A stretch of 64,000 nucleotides of DNA from Tortispora ganteri (lineage: Eukaryota). Made by a program: the position numbers and the translations under genes. The stretch covers positions 1 to 64,000 of the forward strand of contig PPNB01000025.1 in the NCBI GenBank assembly GCA_003707115.1. Direction: 5' to 3'. The notes below the pieces were generated by a model, which saw only the letters and a list, made by a program, of their open reading frames with translations, was not told where the DNA came from and ran no database searches. Below, piece after piece: positions 28,311 to 39,696 of the stretch (position 1 is the first letter of the stretch; every line of letters begins with the position of its first letter).

Positions 28311-30050
28311 ATGGCTTTAGCAATGAGACCCCGGCCACCTGATGCTCCCACTAAGCCTACCTCATTGTCAAGATCTGGTCAGTCTGATTTCCATATACAG
28401 GGATCTTCCTCGTCTGAAAATCCTACTAAGTTGCCTCCAATCGGCCATCATCATCAATCTCACAACACCCTCCCCCCTATGCGCAGTTCACCTCTCGAAC
28501 CTCCTACAAACTTTGCCATTAAGCCATCTCCGCCTTCTATGACTCATGCTCAACCTGTACAATTCCCACCGCTTCAACGTCAGCCTGTCATGCTTCAAAC
28601 ACAATCGTCTCCCCCGCCGCCTGTTCAGCTCCAACCTCAATCAACGACTAATGCACATCGTCAACAGATTGGGGTACCTCCTACAGAGCCTCAAGCGTCA
28701 AACACGTCCGTCACTCCTGCATTAGGTCAGCATTGTTATAATTGTGGAACTACTCATACTCCTCTTTGGCGAAGAGACATGAATGGCAACATCATTTGCA
28801 ATGCATGTGGCCTCTATCTGAAGGCTAGGAATGCTCCCCGGCCTAAGAACCTTCGGAAAGGTAACCAAATTGTCACGGTGGAGAAGGCGCAGTCCGGCAC
28901 ATGTCCAGGTAATGGAAATTGCAATGGCACCGGCGGATCGCATGCATGTGATGGGTGCCCCGCTTTGTATAATCGAAAACACATTGTATCTGTGGAACAT
29001 GATGATCTGACTCAAGGATTGTCTCAGTCTCCTTATCCAGATACGAAGGGCGATAATAGCTCCCCAGCTGCCGCTACTCCTACATCACCTCCGTCTGGTG
29101 GAACTGGAAGAAACAACAAGGTATTGTTGCTTCCTAACGCATCTGCCAGCATTGAAAGCAAAACCTTAGCCACTGGCTCTCAACCAACTGGTGATATGGT
29201 TGTCTCTTGCCAAAATTGTGGTACAACCGTCACTCCACTATGGAGAAGGAGCGCAGAAGGTGGAACCATATGCAATGCGTGTGGTCTGTACTATAAGCTT
29301 CATGGTGTCTACAGGCCCAAGGCAATGAACAAAAGCATGATCAAAAGGAGAAAAAGACTTGAAGGTGAAGTTGCTCAAAATAAGAGCCAGCATCTTTTTG
29401 AAGATAGCATTACACCGCCAGCTGTGCAGAACGCTCTTAGTGGTGGTATGCCGTCTCGTCAACTACCCCAACCCACACAACCTACGTCCCATTCTGCTTT
29501 CACTCCACCAGCCGGATCTGCCCGATATTTAGACGTGGATTTTACTGGCTACTCAGAGCATACAACAAATAACCAAGGTCTAATGTCGGAACAACTGTCT
29601 AAAGGGAATTTGTCTAACAAAAGCGGAACTACCTCTCCTACCGGCTACCCTAAGTCATTGAACCTAGAACAATACAAAGTCTCTAGTTCTCGCAAGACCA
29701 GCCCTGCGCTTCCTGGCGTAGAAGCATCGAACTCCAATGCCCCTACTGTTCGTATATCATCGATATCAGATATCTTGAACCCCACAACAAGCAGTTCCAA
29801 TACTGTAAAAGATACGAAATCAGAGGTTAAGAAGGATGAAGCGATTAAAATAACTACTTCTACAGAGTCAGGTAGTTCTGGTAAAAGAGAGCTGACAGTT
29901 GATTCTGCTACATTGGACGAACTTGAGCTTAAACGTCGGCGATTGGAAGAAAAAATTCACGAACAGCAGCGTGAACTTGCTGAGACTTTAGCAGAAATGA
30001 ATAAACTGCAAGATTTATCTTCTCATGAGAAGAATGAGAAAACTGAGTGA
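28311..30050 (+). CDS. SFU1: Iron-responsive GATA transcriptional repressor (Sfu1/SreA/Fep1/Urbs1 family)
   Basis: Two CxxC-x17-CNAC fingers (CYNCGTTHTPLWRR; CQNCGTTVTPLWRR) flanking the Cys-rich CPGNGNCNGTGGSHACDGCPA segment; C-terminal coiled coil. Confidence 0.93.
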   Translation: MALAMRPRPPDAPTKPTSLSRSGQSDFHIQGSSSSENPTKLPPIGHHHQSHNTLPPMRSSPLEPPTNFAIKPSPPSMTHAQPVQFPPLQRQPVMLQTQSSPPPPVQLQPQSTTNAHRQQIGVPPTEPQASNTSVTPALGQHCYNCGTTHTPLWRRDMNGNIICNACGLYLKARNAPRPKNLRKGNQIVTVEKAQSGTCPGNGNCNGTGGSHACDGCPALYNRKHIVSVEHDDLTQGLSQSPYPDTKGDNSSPAAATPTSPPSGGTGRNNKVLLLPNASASIESKTLATGSQPTGDMVVSCQNCGTTVTPLWRRSAEGGTICNACGLYYKLHGVYRPKAMNKSMIKRRKRLEGEVAQNKSQHLFEDSITPPAVQNALSGGMPSRQLPQPTQPTSHSAFTPPAGSARYLDVDFTGYSEHTTNNQGLMSEQLSKGNLSNKSGTTSPTGYPKSLNLEQYKVSSSRKTSPALPGVEASNSNAPTVRISSISDILNPTTSSSNTVKDTKSEVKKDEAIKITTSTESGSSGKRELTVDSATLDELELKRRRLEEKIHEQQRELAETLAEMNKLQDLSSHEKNEKTE

Positions 30051-30362
30051 TTACAAGTCTCTATTCTAGATTTGGCCACGTTATTTTAATGATATTATCT
30101 CCAAAAATTAACTAATAGCACAATCTTGAGCAGTTGCTACTACGCAACAATACTCGCTACCTAAGCGTCGTACGTGTAAACATGATTGAACACATATTAA
30201 AGATATTAAAGCGAATATAGCGTATTAATTTAAAGAAGTGGTATACAGAACCATCAACCGAATAAGGGCGCACCTGGTAGCGATTAGAACATGTTAGGCA
30301 AACTCGAATGGGAACGACACGCGACAACGACATTAGACACAGTTTAACCAAAGGTGAGATGA

Positions 30363-31700
30363 TTAAGATATAAATGTAGCCTCAGAATACAATGTTCCTT
30401 TTTCAGTGACAGTACCTTCGGGAGTTTTCAAAGTAATCTCTGCGGGGTTGCAATACTGGAAAATATAAGGTCTAGTACCAGCAACGCCAGAGACTACTTT
30501 CTTGACGAACATTGGGATTTCAGACATAACGTCAACCTTCTCAATTAGATTGTCAAGATTGGCATTAATAGTAGCTTCAACAGTAGGTTCGCCTGAAATA
30601 TCTGTTTGATCAGTGGGATACCCCTGCCAATGTAGGTTAAGCTTAGTAGGGATAGACCACTGAGAGAAGTCATCAAGCGTAGTTTCTGAGTGCTCTGCAG
30701 TGTTATCGACTGTGGCAGCAACTAACTTGTCACCCTGGGCAAGGCCTCCAATATTGACACGAGTAGAACCATATGAAGGAGGGGTAGTGAACTCCATCAT
30801 GACGGCGGAAACTGTAGGGCCTTGGAAATTAGCGAAGTTCCAGTGAGCAGCAGCGTGATGGGGCTTCATTCCCTGTAGAGCCATGACATACATGCAATGT
30901 CCCGAGAGTGCTATTTCCTTAGACTTTATGACGAGCTTTCCTTGTACGGAAGAACGTGGCCAAAACAAGTGGCGCATAGATCCCCAAGGCTCGTCTGGGT
31001 TGGTTCCGTAAAGTGTGGTACCGTCAGGATATATTTTAAAACCCTCACACTCCCTCTTAACAGTTACATCTAACTGAAGGTCTTCATTAACATTGCTGAT
31101 GAAATGATAAACAGATAAATCCTTGCTTAAAGTGATTTTAAGCTTGTCATCGTCACTTTGGCAGGAAGCACCGCTAGAGCCTCCCTCAGTAAAAGGGATG
31201 GCTTTTTTAGACTCGGTGTCATCATCATCCGTGATTTTAAAATCGCTCAGATTTTGAGATATCCAGATGCAATCTTCAGGCTTTGTTGGGTGATATACGC
31301 GGCAGGTAAACTGCGCGGTAGTATGCAAGCCGGCCACATTAGAGTGGATAACTTGGGCGAAGATTATGTGACCTTCTGAACCAGTAAAATAAAATGTTTG
31401 AGTTTCGACATTTGTAAAAGGAGGATTTTTCCAGCATAAGTCTTTGCGTGTTAAGGCAGAATAGGGGTTGTTCGGTTTGCCTCGGTCGACAATGGAATGC
31501 AACGCCTCAGGGCCATACTCGGGTTCAGCAACGCCGGCGACAACGGATAATCTTAAACATTTTGTTAGTATTTAGGTACTATAAACATAAATTAACCTAT
31601 AAAAGACCAAGTAGAGAGAGAAAGTCAGGCATTATTGCCGTCCGATATGGCCGATATTAGTAGTGGAGAAAACTTACCCTTCTTGAACCCACCGCAACAT
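30363..31700 (-). CDS. SVF1: Survival factor Svf1 (ceramide-binding); join(31678..31700,30363..31551), 403 aa
   Basis: Splicing gives MLRWVQEGLSVVAGVAEPEYG, the typical Svf1 N-terminus. Also TNVETQTFYF, ALQGMKPHHAA, GTRPYIFQY, SEATFIS. Confidence 0.93.
31552..31677 (-). other. Spliceosomal intron, 126 nt, AAG acceptor
   Basis: GTAAGT donor, TACTAAC at 31564-31570, aaaatgtttAAG; restores the frame. Confidence 0.88.
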
Positions 31701-32040
31701 GATTAAGTAACCAAAAAATGCTAAGAGAAAAAATACAAGTATAAATCACAAGAAAATCAAAAGCAAATATATCAAACTCAAGAATCTTTAATCTGATCTA
31801 ATTATTCTGTGAGTTATTAGCGAAATCTAAAGGAAAACAAGGCAAAAACAGGTACGAAGGCAAGTTCAAATAGCGAAGGTTTCTTAAAGGAAAACCTTAA
31901 ATTTCTATTATTTAACTATGACCACATGCGATCCACCAAATATCGAACATCAGCTTGAGTAGGGCATCCCTATTGGTTTACTAAGCATCTCAAATGGATA
32001 TTCTTGCAATACTATAATGGTGTGGTAAATACTATATCAA

Positions 32041-35000
32041 TTATTCATTAATCACAACATTGCTGCTCGTTCCGTTTGGCCCTGCAACGCGGAAAGATTT
32101 TGATTCAGGCATAAAGTTGCCTAAAATCGGGCCAGATCCTACAGAACTCAAGGACCCCGTCCTGCTGTGAGCAACTGCAGTCCCTGGTGGTCTGCTAACA
32201 GAATTTTCATCCACAAGAAGTCCAGGTTTCACCAAAAACACACTGTTGTTGCTTCTAACTGTAGCACGAGAAGCTGTTCTCCGCGAAGACACTCTCTTAT
32301 TTATTTGTACACCACCAACGCTGTCTTCATTAGGATACTTCGTTCGCTCAGTCACAACCTGCACCTCATGAGGCTGCAGCTTTTCTTCGACTAAACTAGC
32401 CAACCCTTCCTGTACTGAAAGTCGGGCATTAATTTCTCTGAGTGACTTATGACGTTGTATAGAACGTTCAGTATGTATACCGGATTTGTCTTCCTTATTA
32501 GCCTGTTTATTCAATTTCTTGTTAGCCTTGTTCTTTCGAAGACCTTTTAACATACTTCTCACTGCTGAAAACACTTTCCCGTGGCTATTTGGTGAAGTGA
32601 CTGTAGATTTAACGCTCGCAGATCGCCCTTTGGTACCTGTTAGTTCATTCCAGTTCATATCCTTAGACGCAGTAATCACGCTAGATCCAACAGAAACAGG
32701 ACCAGCTCCTGAACTAGCTTCTTCCTCGGTTCCTTCTAATTCTTTAGATTGAGTGAGAATTTCAGCAATTCCGTTCGGCTGCTTTGTGCTCTCCTGAGTG
32801 GTCACGGGTTCAGGTGAACAAACCGTCTCTGATTTGAATATTAGAGCCTGTTCGACAATAGCAATAGGTTCGGCACTCGAAGGCCCTTGATCGTTATGGT
32901 CGCTAAAATTTGTAGTGACGTTCTTAAAAGAAGCATCGGATGTTCTTGCGGTACTCTTCATTGAATAGCGAGCTTTTTCAGAATGTTCTATAACGCTTAC
33001 TGCACCCGTCTCAATCAAGACAACCTCTTCTTCGACTGCGCTATCGACACCTTCGTCACCACTGTTATCACACAATGCTCTTAAAGTTGCGCGTGATCCT
33101 GCGCGACTAAACTTATCTTCATCCTGAAAAAAGTTGACGCTCAAATCTGGTAATATACTCTTATATGAATCCTCAGTTTTCTGTGTTGTGCTGGTTTTTG
33201 GTCCCGCTTTTGTAGGACTACTGTTGGCAATATTTGACAGGGCCGATTCAGAAATAGCTGTACTTAAAGTGATTTTTGATTTCTCCGCATTAATAGTTTC
33301 CTTATCAGAGGTTGAATTGTTGCATTTCCGTGGAGAAAATAGAAACTGCTTTTGGGCCATAGCAAACTTGGATTGTGGAGTTCCTGGTGCACTGGGTAAA
33401 GCAGTGTCTGAGAGATTTTCTGAGGCGAACGTTCCACCATCAATATCCTTCAGAGCCGTTAAAAATTCATTCTCAAGACCGAAATCTCCATCCAAAATTG
33501 ATTTCAATCCTAATGATAATCTCTTTGAAGAACTAGAGCTAGTTACATCAGATATAACTGGCTTTTCAACTTCGAAGTGAGTTGTTTTAAGTTCCACGGT
33601 AGAAGTTTCCGCTTCCGGCTTGATATCATTGGATTTTACTTCCCCTTTATTGGCTTCTTCGACGAGCGGTGCAATCTCAGATAGAAATTCTTGGAGATGT
33701 GCATTAGAACTATTAAAAGTAGAATCCATAAAAGTACTTTCTTCAGTTGCATATAATTCTTTAGAGCGTTTTCCCTTTATATCTTGAAGGACATCTTGGT
33801 CGCTCGGTTTCGTATGAGTATTCAAAATATCGTCTCCTGAATCAATTATCTGTCCAAGATATGCCAAAGAAGTGTCTTTCAGTAGAGTACCAAAGTCAGT
33901 GGATATGGCTGGCGGCAAAGTGGACTCACCAACATCTTGCGTTAGAGGAAAGTTACCGGATTCATCCAATATACCACCAAGAAATGCATATGTAGAATCG
34001 CGAAGATTATCATCCAAAGCATAGTAATTGTTTAACTCTTCATCCTCTTTAATGGATTCGTTTACCTTTTCTGAGAAATTCCCATGAAATTCCTGCTTAT
34101 CTCCACTATCCAATTTTTCAGTTGAGAGATCTTTAGTTACCAAAGAAGCATCAGGAATATAGGTTACATCAGTTGGCAGCCCAAATGTAACAGCTTCAGA
34201 TTTTTCTGCCTCTTTAGCAGGATTAACGATAGCTGTTTCAGTCATCTGAGAGCTCTTCGGTTCAGGAGTCCGTGCGACTGGGTAATCTGTAGAGTCATCT
34301 TCAGCAGCAGTAGTAGCAGCAGCAGCAGTAGTAGCAGTAGAGAGCTTCTTCATATTTTCGCTAGACCATAGCTGGATTGGCAACGAATAACTGTTGTAAG
34401 ACTTTCTAGGTGTATATGAGTGAGCATTCATATGAGGTTTCGGCTGCTCCTTTGACGGTAAGCTGGGTGTGGCGCGTACAGGAGAGCTTGAACCAATACC
34501 TGAGGGAATTTGCAGCTCAGTTTCATCGTCGGATCCTTCCTCAATTATAACGTTGGGTCCTGATGATTGTAATTGGCTATCATTGGCAGTGTGTGTTCTT
34601 GATTTTACCGAATAATCATCCGTGCCGGCAGTGACAAGACGAATGGAGGTTTGGCCATCGTTGCCATAAGGAAAGTCACTAGAAACATCTGCGGCATTTG
34701 CAGAAGATGATCCATTATTGTCTGTCTGTTTTCCAGGAGATAAAGCTGCAAATTCCAGAATGGCTTGGTTCTCTTGAGGAACAACAGGAGTTCTAGCTAT
34801 TAGTACATCATTCTCCGCAACGCTAGGTAGCGGGATAGATGAACGGAAAGCAGGGGGATCCAGCATTCGAGCAGATCCAGTCGAGAGTTTTCGTTGCGTT
34901 GGTTTCTGGGAAGGATAAACAATTGTTGGAGAAAGTGGAGGAAAGTTTTCATGTGATTTTGAGTCTGGGGCGCTTTCCGACTTACCTTTAACTGGCTCAA

Positions 35001-37332
35001 TGCTTTGAAGAGAAGATTTTCTGCCACCTTTAGTAAACCTTCCAAAAATTCGAGAGTGTAAGGAAGAAACACTGCTCTTGCGAAGATGTTTAGAACCTAT
35101 TGAGGCTGACACTACAGACGGCGCTGGTTGCTCTTTCTGTTCGGGGATTGGCGAAAATTTTTCTCCAACCGCAATTAATGCTTTCACAATGTCTGAGTTA
35201 TAATCCAATAAATGTTTCAAGTATTCGGAGTTACCAGAAGAAAGATATGCACCATATAAATCAGCGATATGATGAACAACTTCTTCTGCAAAATGGTCTC
35301 TAGTTGTCAATATATCTAAGAACTTCTCAAAACCATTCGATCCATTTACAACACCTTTGAGTGAAATAGTAGGACCGTCCAAAGTTAAAGCAGAGATTAC
35401 ACCGAATAGTCCAAGCGAATTAAGTTCAGCTTCAGTTGGTAAAGGTGTATTGAGAAACAGAGCAATAGGTGCCCTATTCGTTTCCTTGGTATAATGTTCC
35501 TTTTCAAAGACAGTGGAGTATATTTGAAGACCAACGATACCCCAATCAAATAAATGAAAAGGCGAAGTTTTGTGAAGCACTTTAGCTTTAGTAATCGATA
35601 ATGATAGAGAGTTAGACAAGGCACTTTTATTCTCGATGATATCGAAATTCATAAAATGACAAGGATTGGGATCGTTTGTTATTAGCTCCTTGTTAAAATA
35701 TAAAAGCACAGATTGACTGTCATTATATTCAAGACATTGTACATGGTTGATGTCTGCATATCCAAAAACTTCCATTTCGGGCAAATTGTCAATGTAAAGT
35801 TCATTGGAGAGAGAGTTCATTAGTATATCAGCAATATAAGGGCGTGTTTTTGCAGATCTTTTGACGTGTAATATCAATAGATAATCGTTAAAAACCACTA
35901 TCACCTGCTCTTTTGCTTCCACTTGAAAATCAACGCTCCAAACTCCCACGATATTAACTACTCTTCGTAGTGTCCAACCAATACGAAGCGGTTCAGGCCA
36001 GTTGGAAGCTAGAGACGTAAGTAGTTTTCCTGAAGGTGTGACTATTCTGCGGTGATCAAATTTGTGTGACGGAGATAATTTTCCAAAATTATTAATAGTT
36101 TCAATTGCTGCTTGATATGCAGGCGTTATTACTTCTTTCTGTTCCTGTGTCCATTTCGCAGATTCTACCAGTCTGTCCAGAATGAGGCGGACCTTCAAAA
36201 GTTGAAAACCTGAATGAGATAGGGCTTCAAGTTGGCGGACTGAATAAACCTCGCTGGAGTTTGGTTTGATTAAGTAAGGTTCCAATACCGGGTATATAGA
36301 TCTGATGCGTTTAGTAAAATTCCTAGAAGCAGCGGTATGTCTCATTTCTGCTTTATAGAAGTAAGGGATCGTTATGCCGCAAGCTCTTAGAACTTCCACA
36401 GGCCCAAAGTTTTTTGATTCGTCTAACGCCGAAGTAAATAAACGATTTATTCGGGCGACTTCGTCGAAAGTCGGCGGAAATAATAAGTTTAGTTCAGCAG
36501 GAGTTATTCCAAGAATCGAGCCTTCAAGAACTTTTGCACGAAGAGGGTTCAGAGTGTCAAATAAGAAAGAGTTGAGATCTCGGTTGAATCGGGCTTGAGA
36601 AGAGTAGAGTTCGTCAATGATAGATCTTTGCTCTGAAGACATTGGACAAGCAGCGGCATCAACGGGGCGCTGGTAAACTTCTTCCGTGGGTTCAGGAGAA
36701 TACTCTTGGTACGGATCAAATAAGTGTTCAATGCGATCTCCGAGCAGATATACAAGGGTATTGTTGATATCTATGGTAGCGTCGTCGTCTTCGTACATGA
36801 CGTCTATATTGAAGCTGGAAACAGCTTTAGAGTCAAAGAGGCCATGGTCTGAGATGAAATCAGCAATATAGGGACATGCGTTTTCAGAGAATCGTTTTAG
36901 TCCAGCGGTGAGTTCGCCAGCATTAGATTCGTCCCAGTCGACTGTACCGCGACTTTCTGCTTCGGTTATGAGGGCAGACCTAGTGAATGTATCTATTGAG
37001 GAGAAAGTTCTCAAAGCAGTTATTGATGCTGCTTGGGCGTATGCATTTCCGCGGATGCTTTCAGGCAAGGCTTCACAGGCAGCATAAAAGCGGGATTTAT
37101 CAGATAAAGTAATGTTTATAAAGTTGACGGCACCGTGACGGGAGATCATAGCAGTTGATATTTGCTTAGACGGTCTATCTCTATGGACAAGTATCATTAC
37201 ATCGCCAAACAGCGGGTCGTTTCCTGCAAAACAAAGTGTTCTACTCCTAAAAGAAGGGTCAGATCGCAGAGCCAGGCTGAACTCCTGGAAAGGGGTAACG
37301 TGGAGAGTGTAAGACTCATTGTCTTGAGCCAT
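32041..37332 (-). CDS. BUD3: Axial bud-site selection protein Bud3 (DH/RhoGEF-like domain)
   Basis: SRFYAACEALP, WDESNAGEL, LFDPYQEYSPEPTE, FPPTFDEVARIN, ACGITIPYFYKA..RH, TPSGKLLT; long disordered tail. First ATG at 37332. Confidence 0.88.
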   Translation of the reverse strand: MAQDNESYTLHVTPFQEFSLALRSDPSFRSRTLCFAGNDPLFGDVMILVHRDRPSKQISTAMISRHGAVNFINITLSDKSRFYAACEALPESIRGNAYAQAASITALRTFSSIDTFTRSALITEAESRGTVDWDESNAGELTAGLKRFSENACPYIADFISDHGLFDSKAVSSFNIDVMYEDDDATIDINNTLVYLLGDRIEHLFDPYQEYSPEPTEEVYQRPVDAAACPMSSEQRSIIDELYSSQARFNRDLNSFLFDTLNPLRAKVLEGSILGITPAELNLLFPPTFDEVARINRLFTSALDESKNFGPVEVLRACGITIPYFYKAEMRHTAASRNFTKRIRSIYPVLEPYLIKPNSSEVYSVRQLEALSHSGFQLLKVRLILDRLVESAKWTQEQKEVITPAYQAAIETINNFGKLSPSHKFDHRRIVTPSGKLLTSLASNWPEPLRIGWTLRRVVNIVGVWSVDFQVEAKEQVIVVFNDYLLILHVKRSAKTRPYIADILMNSLSNELYIDNLPEMEVFGYADINHVQCLEYNDSQSVLLYFNKELITNDPNPCHFMNFDIIENKSALSNSLSLSITKAKVLHKTSPFHLFDWGIVGLQIYSTVFEKEHYTKETNRAPIALFLNTPLPTEAELNSLGLFGVISALTLDGPTISLKGVVNGSNGFEKFLDILTTRDHFAEEVVHHIADLYGAYLSSGNSEYLKHLLDYNSDIVKALIAVGEKFSPIPEQKEQPAPSVVSASIGSKHLRKSSVSSLHSRIFGRFTKGGRKSSLQSIEPVKGKSESAPDSKSHENFPPLSPTIVYPSQKPTQRKLSTGSARMLDPPAFRSSIPLPSVAENDVLIARTPVVPQENQAILEFAALSPGKQTDNNGSSSANAADVSSDFPYGNDGQTSIRLVTAGTDDYSVKSRTHTANDSQLQSSGPNVIIEEGSDDETELQIPSGIGSSSPVRATPSLPSKEQPKPHMNAHSYTPRKSYNSYSLPIQLWSSENMKKLSTATTAAAATTAAEDDSTDYPVARTPEPKSSQMTETAIVNPAKEAEKSEAVTFGLPTDVTYIPDASLVTKDLSTEKLDSGDKQEFHGNFSEKVNESIKEDEELNNYYALDDNLRDSTYAFLGGILDESGNFPLTQDVGESTLPPAISTDFGTLLKDTSLAYLGQIIDSGDDILNTHTKPSDQDVLQDIKGKRSKELYATEESTFMDSTFNSSNAHLQEFLSEIAPLVEEANKGEVKSNDIKPEAETSTVELKTTHFEVEKPVISDVTSSSSSKRLSLGLKSILDGDFGLENEFLTALKDIDGGTFASENLSDTALPSAPGTPQSKFAMAQKQFLFSPRKCNNSTSDKETINAEKSKITLSTAISESALSNIANSSPTKAGPKTSTTQKTEDSYKSILPDLSVNFFQDEDKFSRAGSRATLRALCDNSGDEGVDSAVEEEVVLIETGAVSVIEHSEKARYSMKSTARTSDASFKNVTTNFSDHNDQGPSSAEPIAIVEQALIFKSETVCSPEPVTTQESTKQPNGIAEILTQSKELEGTEEEASSGAGPVSVGSSVITASKDMNWNELTGTKGRSASVKSTVTSPNSHGKVFSAVRSMLKGLRKNKANKKLNKQANKEDKSGIHTERSIQRHKSLREINARLSVQEGLASLVEEKLQPHEVQVVTERTKYPNEDSVGGVQINKRVSSRRTASRATVRSNNSVFLVKPGLLVDENSVSRPPGTAVAHSRTGSLSSVGSGPILGNFMPESKSFRVAGPNGTSSNVVINE
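34303..34341 (+). repeat. Mixed (GCA/GTA)n trinucleotide tract within BUD3
   Basis: agcagcagtagtagcagcagcagcagtagtagcagtag, encoding TATTAAAATTAA on the minus strand. Confidence 0.7.
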
Positions 37333-37654
37333 TGTTGAGTTTCGTAGCGAGTGAGCTGATCTCAATTTTAGCAAATACTATGCAAGTACTGTTGTGCAGA
37401 ATAAGTTGATTCTTTAATCGCCGAAGGGCCGTGATTGGCCAGCGTGATTTTGCGAATCAAGGAGAAGAGGTGGGTAGTGGTGATTGTGGATCTCTGTTGT
37501 GCCGGGGAGGGGGGAGTAAGATTGCCAACAGGGTCTAAGACTTTGCTGGTGGTGTTTTCGCTTAGCAACCAGTACAAAACTGTGCGTGTCACAATAGAGT
37601 TTTGATTCTCATTTTGCCGTCTTATTCCCCCGCGTCTATTCGAGGCTTGCTTTA

Positions 37655-38626
37655 ATGGTCTCGTTGGATGTGAACCTGTCAGATGACAAATATTTCATAA
37701 TGCAGTTACCTGAAGCTGCCATTACATCGTTGGATAATGGTGAAGAGCTGTTCTTGCGGAGTAAGGACATACATTCATCTGTTACACTTTGCACTCCAGA
37801 CAGGACATTCGATCTAAGGCAGATCACGCAGTCCAACTCACTGCTTGTAACAAAAGTTTCCGACAAGCTGCAAGTGAAGAGTCAATTGACGAAAATTATG
37901 GAGTTTGTGCCCTCAAAACCTATACTCAGTCTTGACAGGATTCCTGTTTACTCTGAAACATCTGAGGGTCTGAGCTATCGTGAGCTGCTTTCTCTCTGCC
38001 CTGTATCAAAGAAGGAGCTAGATCAGTTGTGCATACAAAAATTCGTGGTGAATACCAGTAATGGATACTTTAAGTTAGATAGCGATCTAATATACGATCT
38101 GATTCAAGACATCATGAACGAAATCGCGAAAGAAAAAATCGATCTGTCCTGTTTTGATGAAAACAGCATCCTCGAACATCTTGATGCAAATCCAGCATCA
38201 CTTTATCAATGTGTATTAAGTCATTTTAAAAGCTCCAACTCTTTAGACGGAAGCCAAATGGTTAAATTTGTCGGTGCACACCTTCTGCAGAAAGAAGACA
38301 AAGTTTTTATCAATACGTTCATGAAACTTTGGAATTCTGCTATTCCTGATGGATTTCCGGAAACTCCAACAGATATATCTGAACTAAAAGGAAAGTATTT
38401 TGTGCCAGAAGCAGGGTACGCACAATACCTAGATCCTCAGAGTCTGCCATTAGACCCTAAGTCGCGGTTTAGATTGCTATTCCGTCTCAAATCTATGTGG
38501 GGTCTCGACGAAATAGAACCATACCTTGAAGGTATCAAAAAAGATTCGGTCAAGACCGAGTCATTTGCGATGAAGTTCTCGAGGAAACAGACCATTGGAG
38601 GCAAGGTTGTTATTAGTCCTCGATGA
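37655..38626 (+). CDS. DCC1: Sister chromatid cohesion protein Dcc1 (Ctf18-RFC)
   Basis: YFIMQLP, VTLCTPDRTFDLRQITQSNSLL, LPLDPKSRFRLLFRLKSMW...IEPYL. Confidence 0.88.
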   Translation: MVSLDVNLSDDKYFIMQLPEAAITSLDNGEELFLRSKDIHSSVTLCTPDRTFDLRQITQSNSLLVTKVSDKLQVKSQLTKIMEFVPSKPILSLDRIPVYSETSEGLSYRELLSLCPVSKKELDQLCIQKFVVNTSNGYFKLDSDLIYDLIQDIMNEIAKEKIDLSCFDENSILEHLDANPASLYQCVLSHFKSSNSLDGSQMVKFVGAHLLQKEDKVFINTFMKLWNSAIPDGFPETPTDISELKGKYFVPEAGYAQYLDPQSLPLDPKSRFRLLFRLKSMWGLDEIEPYLEGIKKDSVKTESFAMKFSRKQTIGGKVVISPR

Positions 38627-38707
38627 TAAACAGTGTATAGCCGAGACGAGAGAGGGGGAATATAAATGACACCGGAGTTTACATTTACGTTTCATTTTGT
38701 AGGCACC

Positions 38708-39604
38708 CTATTGTAGGAAAGACGTGAGTGTTCGTTTAGCATAGTCATACACGCCTAGGAAGATGGCGCCTCCTGCAGAAATCCACATGACACGCGGACC
38801 CAGCCCACGTAGAAAGGCCGATGATCCTTCTTGCTTCCAAATTGAAGCTGTGATGTGCAATAGCGAGTGGCGCGAATCACTCAACATTAGTCTAGTTTTA
38901 ATAACGTCCAAAGGAGTAGTACATGCAGCTGCCAGTGCACCAGCAGCCGAACCGCAGGCAGCTCCTAGTAGTACAGGAGGTTGGGGAGCATTATAATAAC
39001 TGGCTACTTTCCGTTTGAGCCACTCATACACAGGAAACTGAATGGCCGTAAAAGGTATCTCTCTAATAATAGTAGAAATCCAGCCTCTATACAAGCCTCT
39101 GCGTATGCCTTCTCCCGACTGATCTTTAAGAATATACAAGAGTGCTTCTTTTGAGGATTTGAACTTGTTCGCTTGTGCCCTCTGTTTGACAACCTCCGAA
39201 GGTACTCTCACAGAGCAAGCAGCGATCTCGCCTAGAGAGGCCGCGAGCATGTGTGTGACTCCTCGAGCACCTTCTTCCGAGGCTATATTCCTCTTCAAGA
39301 GCGGGTACAGATTTGCATTTACTGATTCGTAAGTGACAAAGAACAAGCTTGCACCAGGTGCCGAGGCTACAATTGTGCTTCCTATACCCCTGTACATTCC
39401 ACGCCAGCCGCCATTAGCTAGGAACCCTTCCTTGGCCTGCAATCTCGTCTTTATAGTGTCAACAGGAAAGAAAACAAGGTCAGTTACCGTACCTGCTAGA
39501 CCGCCACTCTTTTAGCTGTTAGAACTGCAATATATGCTGCTTTCATTTTTTATACAATAGCATCTACTTACAATCATCGGTATGGCCATTGCATGCTGCT
39601 CCAT
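38708..39604 (-). CDS. PET8: Mitochondrial S-adenosylmethionine carrier; join(39572..39604,38708..39508), 277 aa
   Basis: Three carrier signatures (FPVDTIKTRLQ, VPSEVVKQRAQ, TPLDVIKTRLM), REIPFTAIQFP, RVMWISAGGAIFLG. Confidence 0.92.
39509..39571 (-). other. Spliceosomal intron, 63 nt, AAG acceptor
   Basis: GTAAGT donor, TTCTAAC branch, agctaaAAG|AGT GGC GGT; gives MEQHAMAIPMI|SGGLAGTVTDLVFFP. Confidence 0.85.
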
Positions 39605-39696
39605 GGCGAATGTAGTCGAAAGCGAGAAGGTGGGAAGACGTACCACAATAACAAATGCCGGCTTCTTCCGACTGCACGACTGTAATGCTTTGATAA

